A stretch of 64,000 nt of DNA from Octopus bimaculoides (lineage: Eukaryota): assembly GCF_001194135.2 (NCBI RefSeq), contig NC_069002.1, forward strand, positions 10,900,248-10,964,247. The letters are read 5' to 3'. Each line of letters begins with the position of its first letter. Positions within the stretch are counted from its first letter, which is position 1. The notes under the pieces were generated by a model that did not search any database, was not told the origin of the DNA, and saw nothing but the letters and a program-made list of their open reading frames with translations. The translations under genes were made by a program, and so were the position numbers. This document shows, one piece after another, positions 61,985-64,000 of this stretch.

Positions 61985-62150
61985 CCTTGAACAGGCCACC
62001 AGTTTGTTACAGGGTTGTCTATTTACAGTTGAGTGGACTGAACAACATGAAATGATGTGTTTTGCTCAAGAACAAAACACACCACTTTTTCCAGGAATTG
62101 AACCCACACTCTTGCGATTATGAGTGCAACACCCTAATCACCAGTCCACA
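61985..62150 (-). mobile_element. SINE family D-related 5' part
   Basis: ttgctcaagaacaaaacac..ggaattgaacccacactcttgcgattatgag..ctaatcaccagtccacac. Confidence 0.65.
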
Positions 62151-63019
62151 CATGTAGGCTTCTATAAGATCTGCAGCAGTTAAAGTTTACAGCCTCTGGT
62201 TTATATTTCACAGCTGGTACAGCACATTCAGTTATTGAAATATCTCCAAATACCTTCCTGGGGGCAGCTTTCATGCGTTTATAACTTAGATGAAAACATG
62301 TGGTACGTGTTTGCTGTTCGTTTTCTTTTGACATATTAATAGCGTTAAGCACAAAGAACTCCCAAATACCTTCCAGTAAACCAATTCTAAATGATGGTAG
62401 TTTTCATTAAGAAATTCATACAGAACAAGGAAGTCGTTTAAAGTTGTGCCTGAAGTCTTTGATAAGAATAAATTTCTTTAAATGCAATCTATGCTCCCAC
62501 ATTGTCATCTTCAAGATAAATTTTATCAAAGCTTATTGGTAATAACTTTGAGTTCTGTGTCTTTACCAATACCAGTAGTTCTTAGGCTGTATAAATATTC
62601 ACAGAAATAAACAAGCAATGATAAGATTCCAACAGTTCCTTATTTTTTCTTTGGTAAATCTATATATATTTATCAACTATATTCCTAAATCTTGGTTCTC
62701 TTTCATATATGTTTCAACATAAGACAATATCTGAAGGTGTTTTGTAAAATTTGCTGTTATGTTTTAATGCTCTACTGCAGGCTATAACAAAAATAATATT
62801 TCTTGCGGTGCTAAGACTATTGGCACTGCTACTACTAGGAAGGTTTCTAAATCCTCATGATATAACAACATCTCGACTACCATTATTTGTATACACAAAT
62901 ACTAACACCCTTAGCAGATGATAGACTTATCCAAGGGCAACAACCTATAACATATAAGTATAAATATATACACATATACATATGTATGTACATACATATG
63001 TATGTATATATATACATGT

Positions 63020-63058
<39 letters not shown>

Positions 63059-63213
63059 TGGAAACCTAAACACTAAGTTGAACAATTAAATAATTTAACC
63101 ATTAAATGATAAATTTTATTCATTTTAATTATTTTATACAAACAAATGACACATCTCATAAATTCTTCAGATATTTAATATCCCTTAGGTGGTTACTTAA
63201 AACCTAGCTAAAT

Positions 63214-63290
<77 letters not shown>

Positions 63291-63291
63291 C

Positions 63292-63328
<37 letters not shown>

Positions 63329-63699
63329 CAAAATGGGACAAGAATGCAAAACGTCCGAACAGTTAGGTGATACAAAAATGGGACAACAAAACATCCAGAT
63401 AGACAATACAATGAAACAAGGACGAGTCATTCGAAGTTTTCTTTCCTCAGTCGAGTTCCAGATTATTTTTGCAATTTCGGCTGATTGAGAATCATTATGC
63501 CAACATAATGAACACACACACTGGTTGAACTCCACTCATTTATTAAATATCCAATTATTTTGTCTTTGTTTGTCAAAGCTCTTTTGTTGCTTCCTGCAGC
63601 TTTCTCAATGATTATTGACTTACACTGGGGAGACATCTAGGAGTATAGTAGGGAGACTGGACGGGGCTCAGAGGAAAATATATAATGACAAGAAGCAGA

Positions 63700-63760
63700 G
63701 CAGTCCTGTATACTCTAGCAACATGCCAAAAACCAATATGGCGGCACACTGGGCCGAACT
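63700..63760. promoter_or_regulatory. promoter-like motif cluster (CCAAT, YY1-type AATATGGCGGC, RFX half-site)
   Basis: ctagcaac at 63715-63722, ccaat at 63733-63737 and aatatggcggc at 63735-63745, in non-repeat, CpG-containing sequence. Confidence 0.3.
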
Positions 63761-64000
63761 GACATCTACATTTTGTCCAGGCACCTGAAGAACCCATCAC
63801 TTAGGCAAATACAAGACTACGTCCTCGTTAATAAAACATTAACTGTACTAAATAAGAAATACTCATAGACGGTAGAACTATCCCAATACCACAGATACCA
63901 CCCACAAAGTATACATACATAGGTACATTTGTAAGTAGGCAGTCAATTAGGTAAATAGGTAGGTGGATATGTATGTGTGTGTGTATATATATATATATAT

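Noticed and set aside
63420-63460. CTGAGGA..CGAA hammerhead-like string on the minus strand in a (TA)n-adjacent repeat
   Set aside because: The 10.1-11.1 and 15.1-16.1 pairs and stem I cannot be formed.

Overview
This is a eukaryotic, AT-rich, repeat-saturated 64 kb window from a fragmented draft assembly with 16 N-gaps. The SINE families and the dense (TA)n/(CA)n/(GAT)n/(TAA)n/(TATC)n microsatellites look like an octopus (coleoid cephalopod) genome; that assignment is an inference from recalled repeat sequences. No intact protein-coding gene, rRNA, tRNA or CRISPR array can be supported, and nearly all long ORFs in the track are microsatellite or gap artefacts. The window is best read as intronic or intergenic DNA. 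It holds dozens of copies of at least four tRNA-type SINE families and decayed non-LTR retrotransposons (R4/Dong with RLE endonuclease, Tx1/L1, RTE, Penelope). It also holds a probable solo LTR with 60-bp E-box repeats, mariner and pogo transposase relics, two hAT MITEs with clear 8-bp TSDs, and two long foldback palindromes. The most notable observations are four. (1) A stack of different R4/Dong 3' ends plus a non-coding passenger element, all inside (TAA)n tracts at 17.1-19.6 kb. (2) A minimal hammerhead-ribozyme fold at 5628-5663. (3) A SINE-flanked hairpin at about 44 kb that could be an ADAR substrate. (4) Splice-site-bounded micro-exon and promoter-like candidates hinting at an unidentified minus-strand host transcript.
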